IMG/VR virus record: IMGVR_UViG_3300020200_000031
Location: 1-59,768 of that record
Strand: one strand, 5' to 3'
From: a virus
Taxonomy: Duplodnaviria; Caudoviricetes
Length of the DNA: 59,768 nt
Below, in pieces: positions 36,785-46,401 of this stretch. Under the pieces are notes generated by a model that saw nothing but the letters and a program-made list of their open reading frames with translations, ran no database searches and was not told the origin of the DNA. A program made the translations under genes and the position numbers. The first letter of the stretch is position 1. Each line of letters opens with the position of its first letter.

Positions 36785-37547
36785 CGAACTAAATCCTCCG
36801 ACACATTTGTCGCCAAGTTCATTGGCAACATTTGAGCAATGTCCCCTTAAATTTAAGTTCAGTAAAATAGATTTAATTCCAGACAGGCCTGGAATAGAGG
36901 CCGTCTTGGGTAATTTTGTACACGATGTGCTGGAAGATTTATACAAACTCGAACCAACAAAAAGAACAAAGGCATTTGCGCGTGATTTGGCGCGCAAAAT
37001 TTTTTATGACAAATATTCGGAGTTGGCTTTTTCATTGCTTCATAGAGAGTCTTCTATTAAACAATTTCGATGGCAGGCCTGGTTTTGTATAGATAATTTA
37101 TGGAAAATTGAAGACCCAACACAAATAAATCCAATTGGTTTGGAAACAGAGTTAAATCACACCCTTGGGGGTGTGGCGCTTAAGGGTTTTGTTGACAGGC
37201 ATATTCAAAATAGTTCAAATGAAATAATTATTTCGGATTATAAAACCGGCAAAACACCACAAGCCCATTGGGTCTTTGACAAGTTTGAACAATTGCGAAT
37301 TTACGCGGCGATAATGCAGGAAACACAACTTTTCCCAGTTACAAAACTTGAACTTATATATTTAAAGGATGGCGTTAGATTTACGGAACAAATAACCCAA
37401 GAATTGCTCCAAGCAACCATCGAAAGAATTATAAGAATAAAAATATCAATCGATGAAAAGTGTAAAAATAATTCTTTTGAACCGATAAAATCTAAGTTGT
37501 GTGATTGGTGTTCTTATAAAAAAATTTGTCCTGCTTGGAGTAAATAA
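36741..37547 (+). CDS. RecB-family PD-(D/E)xK exonuclease with four-Cys (Fe-S) staple; start uncertain
   Basis: LSPSSL..FEQCP, GNFVHDVLE, GFVDR, ISDYKTG, QLRIYA, LCDWCSYKKICP. Confidence 0.88.
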   Translation: MLLRLGPQLFPNQNNELNPPTHLSPSSLATFEQCPLKFKFSKIDLIPDRPGIEAVLGNFVHDVLEDLYKLEPTKRTKAFARDLARKIFYDKYSELAFSLLHRESSIKQFRWQAWFCIDNLWKIEDPTQINPIGLETELNHTLGGVALKGFVDRHIQNSSNEIIISDYKTGKTPQAHWVFDKFEQLRIYAAIMQETQLFPVTKLELIYLKDGVRFTEQITQELLQATIERIIRIKISIDEKCKNNSFEPIKSKLCDWCSYKKICPAWSK

Positions 37548-37550
37548 TTT

Positions 37551-38069
37551 ATGTCCTATATATCCGATGATGAGTTTGCACGCTTGGTTTCAGAAGATGT
37601 CAAAAATAAAATTTCCAGTCGTCAAAAAGAAATTCTTTTAAATCCATCTTTTCGTAGTCGATGGCAACGCGCCCTGTTGATGCTTATTGAAAATGTAAAT
37701 AATCAATTGGAAGATATTAGTATTGACCGCGAAGCGGACAGACGACGTTATCGCGCAATGGGTAATGATGGCACCGTTTTGCTCCAGGAATCAGAAATAG
37801 CATATTCCACGCGCAGTATGAAAATAGAGCGTTTTAAGTTTCACATCAATAGAAGACTTGATGATGTTGTTAAACTTATAGAAAACGATTCTTTGGCTAA
37901 TTCGCAATCGGACCCAAATAAAGATGCTGATTTGTTTAAAAAAGCAATTATCAAGCATCGTTCACTTTATGAAAAATTTGATATTGAGCCAACTGACACA
38001 GATTTGGCGTTATGGCGCGTACTGGACAATCAATGGACGTTTGAAGGGTTAGATGAAGGCAATGTCTAG
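37551..38069 (+). CDS. Hypothetical protein (172 aa)
   Basis: ATG, GGAG RBS, co-oriented. Confidence 0.7.
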   Translation: MSYISDDEFARLVSEDVKNKISSRQKEILLNPSFRSRWQRALLMLIENVNNQLEDISIDREADRRRYRAMGNDGTVLLQESEIAYSTRSMKIERFKFHINRRLDDVVKLIENDSLANSQSDPNKDADLFKKAIIKHRSLYEKFDIEPTDTDLALWRVLDNQWTFEGLDEGNV

Positions 38070-38383
38070 TGCGTTTTCGTAGCAAGAAAAAGGAGGCGGA
38101 ATACAAATTGCGCCAACCGCTTGTCGCAAAAATGTTGGGGCAATATCCCTATTGTCAAGCCTGTGGCGTTTTTGCCGAATATGATGGCAAAATTGTTTAT
38201 CAAAAAAATCCGTCTCAAGATATACACGAATTAGTTAGGCGGTCCCAGGGTGGCTCAATTTTAGATGAAACAAATTTATTGGCCGTATGTAGAAAATGTC
38301 ATGACCGAATAGGCAAATACCCGCAACTTGCCTTTGATTTAGGGCTATCAAAACATCATTGGGACAATAAATCGAACGACTAA
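38069..38383 (+). CDS. HNH endonuclease (possibly terminase-associated)
   Basis: CQAC...DIHELVRRSQGG...NLLAVCRKCH. Confidence 0.85.
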   Translation: MRFRSKKKEAEYKLRQPLVAKMLGQYPYCQACGVFAEYDGKIVYQKNPSQDIHELVRRSQGGSILDETNLLAVCRKCHDRIGKYPQLAFDLGLSKHHWDNKSND

Positions 38384-38393
38384 TCTATTCGCC

Positions 38394-38957
38394 ATGGACG
38401 GTTATGGCGATGCTAAAAGCCTTATATTTATGGGCCTCGATTTATCTTTAACTTCTACTGGGGTTAGTGTCGGCGGCAAAACGTTTTCAATTAAATCAAA
38501 ACTTAGGGGCATACAAAGATTAGTTGAAATATCGGAACAGGTTATTGAGTCCGCAAAAAAGACGAATCCGGCGATAGTAATTCTTGAGGGCTACTCTTAT
38601 GGTTCAAAATTTTCGCGGGCTCACGCTTTGGGGGAATTGGGTGGGGCCGTAAAGGTTGGTCTCCATTTGGCTGGTTTTAGGATTGTCGAGGTGCCACCCA
38701 AATGTAGGGCTAAATTTGCCACCGGGAACGGTAATGCAAGCAAAAATGACGTTATGGCTTTTATGGCCTTAAATTTCCCTGGGTTGTTTGCAAAAACCTG
38801 TGGCGATGACGAATATGATGCATGGGTGCTTGAGCAAATGGGGTATGCCCAAATAGGCGAGTGTTCGTTTCGGTGGTCAAATAGTCAATTGCTTGGCCTA
38901 AAAAGAGTAGATTGGTCACCACTATATGAAGCCCTAGGGGGGAAAATTGATGGGTAG
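38394..38957 (+). CDS. RuvC-like Holliday junction resolvase
   Basis: MGLDLSLTSTG, VILEGYS, LGELGG, KFATGNGNASK, DDEYDA. Confidence 0.88.
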   Translation: MDGYGDAKSLIFMGLDLSLTSTGVSVGGKTFSIKSKLRGIQRLVEISEQVIESAKKTNPAIVILEGYSYGSKFSRAHALGELGGAVKVGLHLAGFRIVEVPPKCRAKFATGNGNASKNDVMAFMALNFPGLFAKTCGDDEYDAWVLEQMGYAQIGECSFRWSNSQLLGLKRVDWSPLYEALGGKIDG

Positions 38958-39288
38958 GTCAAAACCGATAAGCCAAGTTGAAATCGAGCAAGAATTGTTG
39001 CGAATGATGGACATGTTGGAACAAGAAACCGAGGCATTTGAAAAACTTGCAGAAGATTCTGCAAAGAAAGAAGCGCTATTTAAAGCAAATTGGGCCAAAG
39101 AATATCTTTCTGCAAAAGGTTCAATCAAAGAACGCGAGGCTTGGGCTGATTACAAAATGGCTGATTTAAATTATGATTACAAAATTTCAGAGGCTTTGGT
39201 AAAATCGAAGCGAGAAAAATTATTATCCCTTCGAACATCAATGGATTCTTTGCGAACCCTTAATGCAAACGTCAGGGTACAGGTGTGA
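38947..39288 (+). CDS. Hypothetical coiled-coil protein
   Basis: 113 aa, helical, overlaps both neighbours. Confidence 0.7.
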   Translation: MMGRSKPISQVEIEQELLRMMDMLEQETEAFEKLAEDSAKKEALFKANWAKEYLSAKGSIKEREAWADYKMADLNYDYKISEALVKSKREKLLSLRTSMDSLRTLNANVRVQV

Positions 39289-40079
39289 ACAACATTCACT
39301 CTTCCCTAAAATCTATGGCTTTTCCGCTTAGTCAACTTACGTACCTTGAAAACAACCCGAGAAAAGGAAACGTTGAAGCAATAATCGCATCATATGCGGA
39401 ATTTGGGCAAATAAAACCAATAGTGGCGAAATTGAACGAGGACGGAAGCGCAACGATAATTGCCGGCAACCATCAAGTTATGGCGGCAAAGCAACTTGGC
39501 TGGGATGAAATAGCCGTTGTATTTTTAGACGCTGACGATAAACGTGCAATTGCTTTTGCGCTTGCCGATAATCGCACCATGGAGTTGGGGTACACCGATA
39601 GCGACATGTTGCAAAAACTTCTCACTGAAGTTTCCACAGATTACGGCGAACTTTGGGCCGGCTTGGGTTGGGATGAATTTGAAATAGCAGCCATGGATGA
39701 GCGCGCGATAATTAAGGCGCACGACGAACTGACGCAATCAAAATACATTCCTCCAGTTATTGTGACCGACATGGAAGACGAACAAAGCGAAATAGATAAG
39801 CAAATTTTATCTTTGGGCCAAACCGACAATGATGGCGAAAATAAATTGATAGCCCCCAAAGATATAAGTCATAATGAGGTTGCCATACGTGGTTCGGGTG
39901 TTGCCATTCCCGGGTCTCAGCCACAAGCAATAGTGTCCGTTCAACTGGTTTTTGATTCGCCAGAACAGCAACGTCGTTGGTACGACTTTGTTCGATGGTT
40001 GCGGAATGACCCCGGAATTGATGGCGCCACAACCGCCGAGCGATTAATAAATTTTATTGACTCATATACAAACGCATGA
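39285..40079 (+). CDS. ParB/Srx-like N-terminal domain protein
   Basis: NPRKGNV, FGQIKPIV, IIAGNH, ALADNR. Confidence 0.85.
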   Translation: MNNIHSSLKSMAFPLSQLTYLENNPRKGNVEAIIASYAEFGQIKPIVAKLNEDGSATIIAGNHQVMAAKQLGWDEIAVVFLDADDKRAIAFALADNRTMELGYTDSDMLQKLLTEVSTDYGELWAGLGWDEFEIAAMDERAIIKAHDELTQSKYIPPVIVTDMEDEQSEIDKQILSLGQTDNDGENKLIAPKDISHNEVAIRGSGVAIPGSQPQAIVSVQLVFDSPEQQRRWYDFVRWLRNDPGIDGATTAERLINFIDSYTNA

Positions 40080-41224
40080 CCAGGCAGCGTCTATTTTTGG
40101 ATATTAATTGTGTCGACGCAGCCCGACAACGGATTCGCCATGTTTATGACACCTTTGATACGGTTTGTGTTCAGTTTTCTGGCGGCAAAGATTCGACCGC
40201 CGTATTGCTTTTGGCAAAAGAACTACACGAAGAACGCGGGTTGGGTCCGGTTCGAACCATTTTCAGAGACGAAGAAATGGTGAGTCCGCTCGTAATTAAT
40301 TATGTCAATTACGTCCGGCAGTTGCCCTGGGTTGAAATGGAATGGTATTGCATGCCCCAGGGTTCGGAAGTTTGGGTCCTTGGTAAGCGTGAATCAATTA
40401 TTATGTGGAGCGAAATAAGAAGAAAAGAAGGACGTCTTTGTCGTGAAATACCGCCTTGGGCAATAACTGCCGAACATTTTGGATTGCCGCCAGGTAAACC
40501 ACCACCGGAAATTGTTGACTATTACACAATGCAGGGCAAACAGGGAAATACTGCATTTATAACCGGCGTGCGGGCATCGGAATCGATGCTTCGTTATAGG
40601 TCTTTGGTGCAAAAATTGCATGAAAATTATATTGTCACTCCATATAAGTCAAAAAAGGGAATTCCCTTAAAGTTTGCAAAAATAATTTACGATTGGCAAA
40701 CTGCTGACGTATTTAAATACATTATTGAAGAACACAATTTTAAATATTGCGAATATTACGACCGCGCTGCCCTAACGGGCAGCAATACCAGGGTGGGCAT
40801 TCCCCTGCATGGAATCGCAATTCGTAGAATTGGTGATGTCGTTAGGACCGAGCCGGAATTTTATGATGAATTAGTAAGGTGTTTTCCAGAAATTGATGCT
40901 CAGCGTCTATATTGGGCGGTTTACGATTACGACAAATTAATTCGCCAATATGCCGATAAGGGTTTTGACGGCGCAAAAAAATTCATTAGGGATTTTATGA
41001 TGAACGAAACCAAGGCTTTGAGGGCAAAAGCGTTTGTTGCCGAATTTAGGCGCAAACATTTAATTGACCCGCGGTCCTACACGATTTATTCCCTTATTTA
41101 TCAAATGTTTATGGGCGCAATGGCTCATAGTGTTGCGGTGTCGCCGATAGGGCCAAAAACAAAATCCCATACGGTAAGGTCAATTTCTGAAATTGATAGC
41201 ATGGAGTTGAACGATGGAAATTAA
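40076..41224 (+). CDS. PAPS-reductase-like PP-loop protein (IbrA/YbdN-like)
   Basis: FSGGKDS PP-loop, FRDEE, GVRASES..R, IYDWQTADVF. Confidence 0.85.
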   Translation: MTRQRLFLDINCVDAARQRIRHVYDTFDTVCVQFSGGKDSTAVLLLAKELHEERGLGPVRTIFRDEEMVSPLVINYVNYVRQLPWVEMEWYCMPQGSEVWVLGKRESIIMWSEIRRKEGRLCREIPPWAITAEHFGLPPGKPPPEIVDYYTMQGKQGNTAFITGVRASESMLRYRSLVQKLHENYIVTPYKSKKGIPLKFAKIIYDWQTADVFKYIIEEHNFKYCEYYDRAALTGSNTRVGIPLHGIAIRRIGDVVRTEPEFYDELVRCFPEIDAQRLYWAVYDYDKLIRQYADKGFDGAKKFIRDFMMNETKALRAKAFVAEFRRKHLIDPRSYTIYSLIYQMFMGAMAHSVAVSPIGPKTKSHTVRSISEIDSMELNDGN

Positions 41225-41756
41225 ATACATTCCAATTGAAGATTTAAAAATTGGAGATTGGCATGCAAATTATATTCTTAAACCTGAATTAAAAGTTCTT
41301 GCCTCTTCTATTGGTAATTTGGGTTTTGTTTCCCCATTAATAGTAATGAAGCGTGACAATTCAATTATCGATGGATATTACCGTTGGATGATTGTTAAAG
41401 AAAACAAAGAATTGAGTAAAAAACATCCAACGATTCCATGCGTTATCGTCGATTGCGATTCGCTTGAAGCGAGCATGTTGCATCTTCGAATCAATAGGTC
41501 TAGGGGTCAATTGGTCGCACACTTAGTTTCTGGGGTAATAAAAAAATTAGTCAGAAGCAAAAAATATAATGAAAAAGATTTGCAACAACTATTGTCAATG
41601 TCCGATGATGAACTCGACGTTCTTCTTGACGGAACAATAATTAAACGAATCAAAATTTCTGAACATAAATATTCACGTGCCTGGGTTCCAATCGAAGCCC
41701 CCAAAAACGCTTTGGAAAACTTTGTTCCCGAGAAACCGCCGAATGCTGATAGGTAA
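41214..41756 (+). CDS. ParB-like protein (IbrB/YbdM-like)
   Basis: SIGNLGFVSPLIV, IIDGYYR, RINRSRG. Confidence 0.8.
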   Translation: MEIKYIPIEDLKIGDWHANYILKPELKVLASSIGNLGFVSPLIVMKRDNSIIDGYYRWMIVKENKELSKKHPTIPCVIVDCDSLEASMLHLRINRSRGQLVAHLVSGVIKKLVRSKKYNEKDLQQLLSMSDDELDVLLDGTIIKRIKISEHKYSRAWVPIEAPKNALENFVPEKPPNADR

Positions 41757-41840
41757 ATTAATTTGGCTTGACTAATGCTAATATTTTAAGTGTCGCATCC
41801 CGATATATTTTGCGACACCCATTGACGTTTGGAGTTCAAA

Positions 41841-41975
41841 ATGCCCAATGTTGAAATTGGAGGCGGCGAAGGCGGTGCGGCAGGCAGAATACGGCGCGCT
41901 GCATCACGTGCGGTTGAGGCTGCGCAAAGGATTGGTCGCGGACTTATCGACCGATTTAGGGGCCGTCGTCGCTAA
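41841..41975 (+). CDS. Small Arg/Gly-rich basic peptide (44 aa)
   Basis: Read manually: MPNVEIGGGEGGAAGRIRRAASRAVEAAQRIGRGLIDRFRGRRR. GGAG RBS and upstream TGCTAATAT extended -10. Confidence 0.7.
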   Translation: MPNVEIGGGEGGAAGRIRRAASRAVEAAQRIGRGLIDRFRGRRR

Positions 41976-42004
41976 ATCGCAATCGAACTTGAGAGGTTAG
42001 TAAA

Positions 42005-42877
42005 ATGTTAGTAACACTGGCCAACCTCACCACATATATGGATATCAGCCTATCCCTGCGTCAGCAAGATGCTGCAGAAATAATTCTTCAGGGCCTGCAG
42101 AGCGAGATGGAAACATATCTTGGCAGACCGGTAGAAATCACTGACTTTACAGAAGAAGCCCATATTTTGGAATCAAACCATGTCAATGTACCAATGGGTT
42201 CATATTTTTACAATCAGGGCCTAGGTTTGGGCGATTCTGACCCAAATGGAATTATTACCTACGCTGCACCGCCAAGCACGATTTATCTAAGAAATACGCC
42301 CATTGTCTCGGTTTCAAAAGTCGAGATGGATGGCCCAACACTGCACAACAAAATTCTTGGCGAGGCACAGAAGAGGACCGCAACAATAACCGGTGCCACG
42401 GTTGCTTCTGGAACCGCGACCTATACGGCAGCAAATCATGGCTTCACCCTGGGACAAACGGTAACGATAACTGGAGTCACGCCTATCGCGTACAACATCA
42501 ATGCCAAAATAATCACCGCCGTAACAACAAACACCTTTGCAATTGCGAATTCGGGTGTAACTGGAAACTATGTGTCGGGTGGAAGCGCCACCGCGAATGG
42601 AAGCGACTACACCGTTAGAAGATATGGTCTGGATATTTATGCCGGATTTGCCAACGACATTATTAAGGTCACATATCGAGGCGGACTTGATGGCGACAAC
42701 ATCAAGATGTTTAAACTTATGATTTTGCGGGCTGCGACACGCGAAATGCAAAACATGCACGACGATGTAGTGGGCGTAAAGGACTTGAATCCTCGTGGCG
42801 TGTCAACCATGGAAACAGGTTTTCTTGAAAGCGAATTAAATCAACTCAAGAATTATTCTCGACGCAGGATTAGTTAA
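42005..42877 (+). CDS. Head-tail adaptor with inserted beta-domain
   Basis: gp6/gp15-like N-terminus (LVTLANL..Y, METYLGRP), LRNTPIVSV, IKVTYRGG; insertion TITGATV...NHGFTLGQTVTITG...NTF. Confidence 0.75.
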   Translation: MLVTLANLTTYMDISLSLRQQDAAEIILQGLQSEMETYLGRPVEITDFTEEAHILESNHVNVPMGSYFYNQGLGLGDSDPNGIITYAAPPSTIYLRNTPIVSVSKVEMDGPTLHNKILGEAQKRTATITGATVASGTATYTAANHGFTLGQTVTITGVTPIAYNINAKIITAVTTNTFAIANSGVTGNYVSGGSATANGSDYTVRRYGLDIYAGFANDIIKVTYRGGLDGDNIKMFKLMILRAATREMQNMHDDVVGVKDLNPRGVSTMETGFLESELNQLKNYSRRRIS

Positions 42878-42878
42878 A

Positions 42879-43346
42879 ATGGGTTCCGAATTAGACGTCA
42901 AAATTAAGATTAAAGTAAGAAATCTTGACAATGTTAAAGATAATTTAAAAAATATTAAAAGACGGATGAAGGACTTACGGCCTGTTTGGCCGAGGGCACA
43001 CGCAAGCCTTAAAGATTACATGATAGAAAACTTTACGGCGCAGGGCTTACCATCGGGTGGGTGGAGGCCATTAGACGCAGAGTATGGTGCTTGGAAAATG
43101 AGACATTATCCTGGGGCGCCGATTCTTGTGAAGGGTGGCGGATTGTTTGCAAAAATATTGCAAGGTCCAGATTTGGATGGTAGGCCGTCGGGTGCAAGTT
43201 TTGTATTTAGTGGAGAAGTTGCCAAGTTTCATCAATACGGAACAACAAAAATGCCGGCAAGAAAAATTTTGTTTTCACCCGAAGTTTGGGAAAAACAAGT
43301 TGCCCAGATGATTGAAGAATATATTGTTGATGGCAAGGTTGGATAA
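42879..43346 (+). CDS. Virion morphogenesis (Mu gpG/P2 gpS-like) neck protein
   Basis: NF..QG.P.GW.PL and FHQYGTTKMPAR. Confidence 0.85.
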   Translation: MGSELDVKIKIKVRNLDNVKDNLKNIKRRMKDLRPVWPRAHASLKDYMIENFTAQGLPSGGWRPLDAEYGAWKMRHYPGAPILVKGGGLFAKILQGPDLDGRPSGASFVFSGEVAKFHQYGTTKMPARKILFSPEVWEKQVAQMIEEYIVDGKVG

Positions 43347-43354
43347 TTTTTTTT

Positions 43355-43993
43355 ATGGAAATAGGCCATTTGATGCATGGGGCGCATTTTGCGAAAAACT
43401 ATGTTTCTACGTATTTGCAAACTGATTTACCAATCAGAATAAATCGATATCGAAATGGCTGGAATATTTCCAGCACCGAATTACCAACACCTGCTAAATT
43501 TTTTTCCCATGAACCGCTTGCGCTTGATATGTGGCCGACAATTATCACCGTTGTCATTTCAACTACCGGATTTGAAAGAATGGGCTTTGATGGCCCCAAT
43601 CCCCTTTATCGAGTCAATTACGCGATGCGCACATATGTTTGGTGCAGGGCAGTTGGACCCGAAGAAGCCACCATTGCTCGAGACCGTTTAACGTCGGTCG
43701 TGCGGTCGGCATTGCTTGATTATCCGTGCTTACAGGCGGTTGACCCGCGCCAATCTTTTCAGGTAATGATAGACGAGAATTCTATGCGCGAAGAATTTTC
43801 GGAAATCACCCTTTTGAAAGGCGACAGGGTTTTGTGTGGTGGTTATGTCGGCTACACCCTCGGAATCAATGAAGTTGTTACCCGTCAAGACATTGGAGCA
43901 ATTTCTGAAATTGAATTCGCAATTTCGCAGCAGGGCATTACGGACCAAAATCTTTCTGCAAGCACATGGACAAACACCTATTCCGTTGAGTAG
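43355..43993 (+). CDS. Putative tail completion/terminator protein
   Basis: Position between neck and sheath genes; WPTIITV motif. Confidence 0.55.
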   Translation: MEIGHLMHGAHFAKNYVSTYLQTDLPIRINRYRNGWNISSTELPTPAKFFSHEPLALDMWPTIITVVISTTGFERMGFDGPNPLYRVNYAMRTYVWCRAVGPEEATIARDRLTSVVRSALLDYPCLQAVDPRQSFQVMIDENSMREEFSEITLLKGDRVLCGGYVGYTLGINEVVTRQDIGAISEIEFAISQQGITDQNLSASTWTNTYSVE

Positions 43994-44036
43994 TTGTTTA
44001 TGAAGTACAATTTATATCAAATTCCCAGGGAGTGAC

Positions 44037-44348
44037 ATGACTCGTTTATTCAAAAAAATTTACAACAACGATTTTTCCTCGATTGAGGGTCCAGCGCTTA
44101 TCATCAAGAACCTAACTTTGGGCCATTTCGAGGTTGATGAGGCCGGACGCAGTCTTGAAAGTTTGGGTACTGCTGCTGTCGACTTGGATAGCAAAATTTG
44201 TTTAGCCGGAATTCAGGCTGGTCAATTGGAAAAAATTAAAGAAATTTCGACCAAAAATTCAAAACCTAAAACCAAGAGCGTTTTTACTTCCGACGAGGAA
44301 GTAATCTCGACAGTTGCATCACCGGAACCGAAAGATTCTGTACAATAG
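44037..44348 (+). CDS. Hypothetical protein
   Basis: GGGAG RBS, upstream TACAAT. Confidence 0.65.
   Translation: MTRLFKKIYNNDFSSIEGPALIIKNLTLGHFEVDEAGRSLESLGTAAVDLDSKICLAGIQAGQLEKIKEISTKNSKPKTKSVFTSDEEVISTVASPEPKDSVQ
44311..44346 (+). promoter_or_regulatory. Putative promoter CAGTTGCA-N22-TACAAT upstream of sheath
   Basis: Matches the capsid-gene upstream motif; embedded in the 3' end of the preceding ORF. Confidence 0.5.
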
Positions 44349-44390
44349 AACAACTAAGCAAGAAGATTTCTTAATAGTAAGGATGGTGTC

Positions 44391-45854
44391 ATGCCAGGCG
44401 TAAGTATACAAACAGGGGTCAGGGTCGGACCAAATGCGGCGACTTCGGTCGAGACGTCTCAGATTTTTATTGTCGGCAAGACAGAGCGTGGGCCAATCAG
44501 CACCGCCAAACTGGTAACCAGCCTTGAAGAATACAAGGCAATTTATGGCGGGTATGTCTCTTATTCGTTTACCCAGCCGGTCATTGAATCTTTCTTTGAA
44601 GAGGGCGGCACAAGGGCCTGGATTTGCCGAGTATGTGGTGCTTCCCCAACAACTGGAACGCTTGCATTGCTTGGCGCTGCCTCTGCTGCATCTTTTTCCG
44701 TAACTGCCAATGGACCTGGCGCTTGGAGTTCCGGAATTAAGGTTCAAATAATCAATCCCGGCACCGGTGGTGGCGACTTTATCGTCAAAATTTTTGACAA
44801 TGATGTGCTGAAGTTTTCAACCGGCAACTGCACGACGGTTCTTCAGGCGGTTGGACGCATAAATTCCAGTCCTGTCGCTTCCAAAATTGTCACTGCTGCG
44901 GCCACGGGAACAGCGTTGCCAGTGAACCTTGCAGCAACCGCTCTTTCGGCGGGCGATGACAATGAAGAAGTGGTGGCCAATGCCGACTATGTAAGTAACT
45001 TGACAAACTTCCTTGAATCGTATGGCACCGGAGTTGTTATGTGTGCAGAGACCGAAAACACAACGGTCCAAACTGGACTTGCAACCCATGCAAATGCATT
45101 TAATAGACTTGCTTTCATTAATTCATCGGTTTCCGATAGCACGGCCAATGCACAGGCAGACGGTTATGCGCTTGCTGCGGCAGGTTCAAACACTGAACAC
45201 GTTGCTTATTTTTACCCGTGGGTTTACGTACCAACCTCGGTGCCTGGCGTCAACCGCGCCATCCCACCGGTGGGCTACGCCGCCGGAAAACGCGCAGTTG
45301 CCCACGCACAGATTGGGGCTCACAAACCTGGCGCCGGCTTAATTTCAATTGCACAATTCGTCAATGGCGTAGTGGCTGATGTCGATAAAGCAACTGGTGA
45401 CGCTCTTGATGAGGCCTATGTAAACGCGATTCGTATAATCAACAACACAATTCGAATTTATGGCGCGCGCTCGTGTTCTTCAGACACGGGCAACTTCCGC
45501 TATATCACGGCGCAAGACGTTGTCAACCAGGTCGTGGTCGAGGCAAATCGTTCGCTTGAAGACTTGCTGTTCAGTGTAATTGACGGCCGCAACACCGTGT
45601 TTGCTGCCGTCGAAGCCAAACTGTTCGGGATTCTCGAGCCGCTCCGTTTAAATGGTGCGTTGTTCGAGGCCTTCGACAACAATGGCAAACGAATCGACTT
45701 TGGTTACACAGTCAAGTGCGATGCCTCGCTCAATCCGACAAGTCAACTTGCAGATGGATTGATTAAGGCAAGAGTTGGTCTTCGCGTCTCGGGTGTAGGC
45801 GACAAAATTGAAGTTGAAATCATCAAGTCGAACCTAGTTAAGTCGGTTGTTTAA
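44391..45854 (+). CDS. Contractile tail sheath protein
   Basis: MPGV, FIVGKTERGP, FFEEGG, ANGPGAW, YFYPWV, PPVG, VNAIR, IYGARS. Confidence 0.93.
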   Translation: MPGVSIQTGVRVGPNAATSVETSQIFIVGKTERGPISTAKLVTSLEEYKAIYGGYVSYSFTQPVIESFFEEGGTRAWICRVCGASPTTGTLALLGAASAASFSVTANGPGAWSSGIKVQIINPGTGGGDFIVKIFDNDVLKFSTGNCTTVLQAVGRINSSPVASKIVTAAATGTALPVNLAATALSAGDDNEEVVANADYVSNLTNFLESYGTGVVMCAETENTTVQTGLATHANAFNRLAFINSSVSDSTANAQADGYALAAAGSNTEHVAYFYPWVYVPTSVPGVNRAIPPVGYAAGKRAVAHAQIGAHKPGAGLISIAQFVNGVVADVDKATGDALDEAYVNAIRIINNTIRIYGARSCSSDTGNFRYITAQDVVNQVVVEANRSLEDLLFSVIDGRNTVFAAVEAKLFGILEPLRLNGALFEAFDNNGKRIDFGYTVKCDASLNPTSQLADGLIKARVGLRVSGVGDKIEVEIIKSNLVKSVV

Positions 45855-45872
45855 TAAACGGAGGAATAAATT

Positions 45873-46346
45873 ATGGCTAAAGTATCACAAAGACAAGTTC
45901 TCGCAAATATTCGCCCACACAGTGGGCAGAGTTTGGCGGACTTGCCCAAGTTTGAAACTTTTTTGTTTGCCCAAGTAGCGGGCGGTGAAATCACCGCTGC
46001 TGTAGAAAAAATCTATGAGGGTGGAAAGTCATCTCCGACGGTTCTTTGCGCTCCGTTTGATATTGGTGACATTACTTTAACCGCCCACTATGACGACGAC
46101 AGGGTTCCTTCTGACCTCAATACTGGTCTGGCTGCAAAAGTAGCAAAGTTGCGCGAATATGTGGGCAAGGCCTATTACGACATCACGGTCGAAACTTATG
46201 ACTGCGACCTTAAAAAGATGGGTCTGGATAGAGTCTATTCCAAGGCGTTGCTTGTTGGTCTGACTGAACCAGATGGCGACTCGTCTTCGGGCGCACCATC
46301 AACCTTTGCCCTGACTTTCTCGATATCGACTGTCGCCAGCAAGTAA
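45873..46346 (+). CDS. Tail tube protein
   Basis: Follows the sheath gene; VAGGEITA, DITLT and PDGDSSS motifs; GGAGG RBS. Confidence 0.85.
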   Translation: MAKVSQRQVLANIRPHSGQSLADLPKFETFLFAQVAGGEITAAVEKIYEGGKSSPTVLCAPFDIGDITLTAHYDDDRVPSDLNTGLAAKVAKLREYVGKAYYDITVETYDCDLKKMGLDRVYSKALLVGLTEPDGDSSSGAPSTFALTFSISTVASK

Positions 46347-46401
46347 ATTTTAATAATAATTTACACTTAATTGGCCTATATGGTGTGCTAGGTTGTGCGC
46401 C

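Noticed and set aside
36741-37547. Cas4 / CRISPR association
   Set aside because: No array or other cas genes; context with Rad52-like SSAP indicates a recombination exonuclease.
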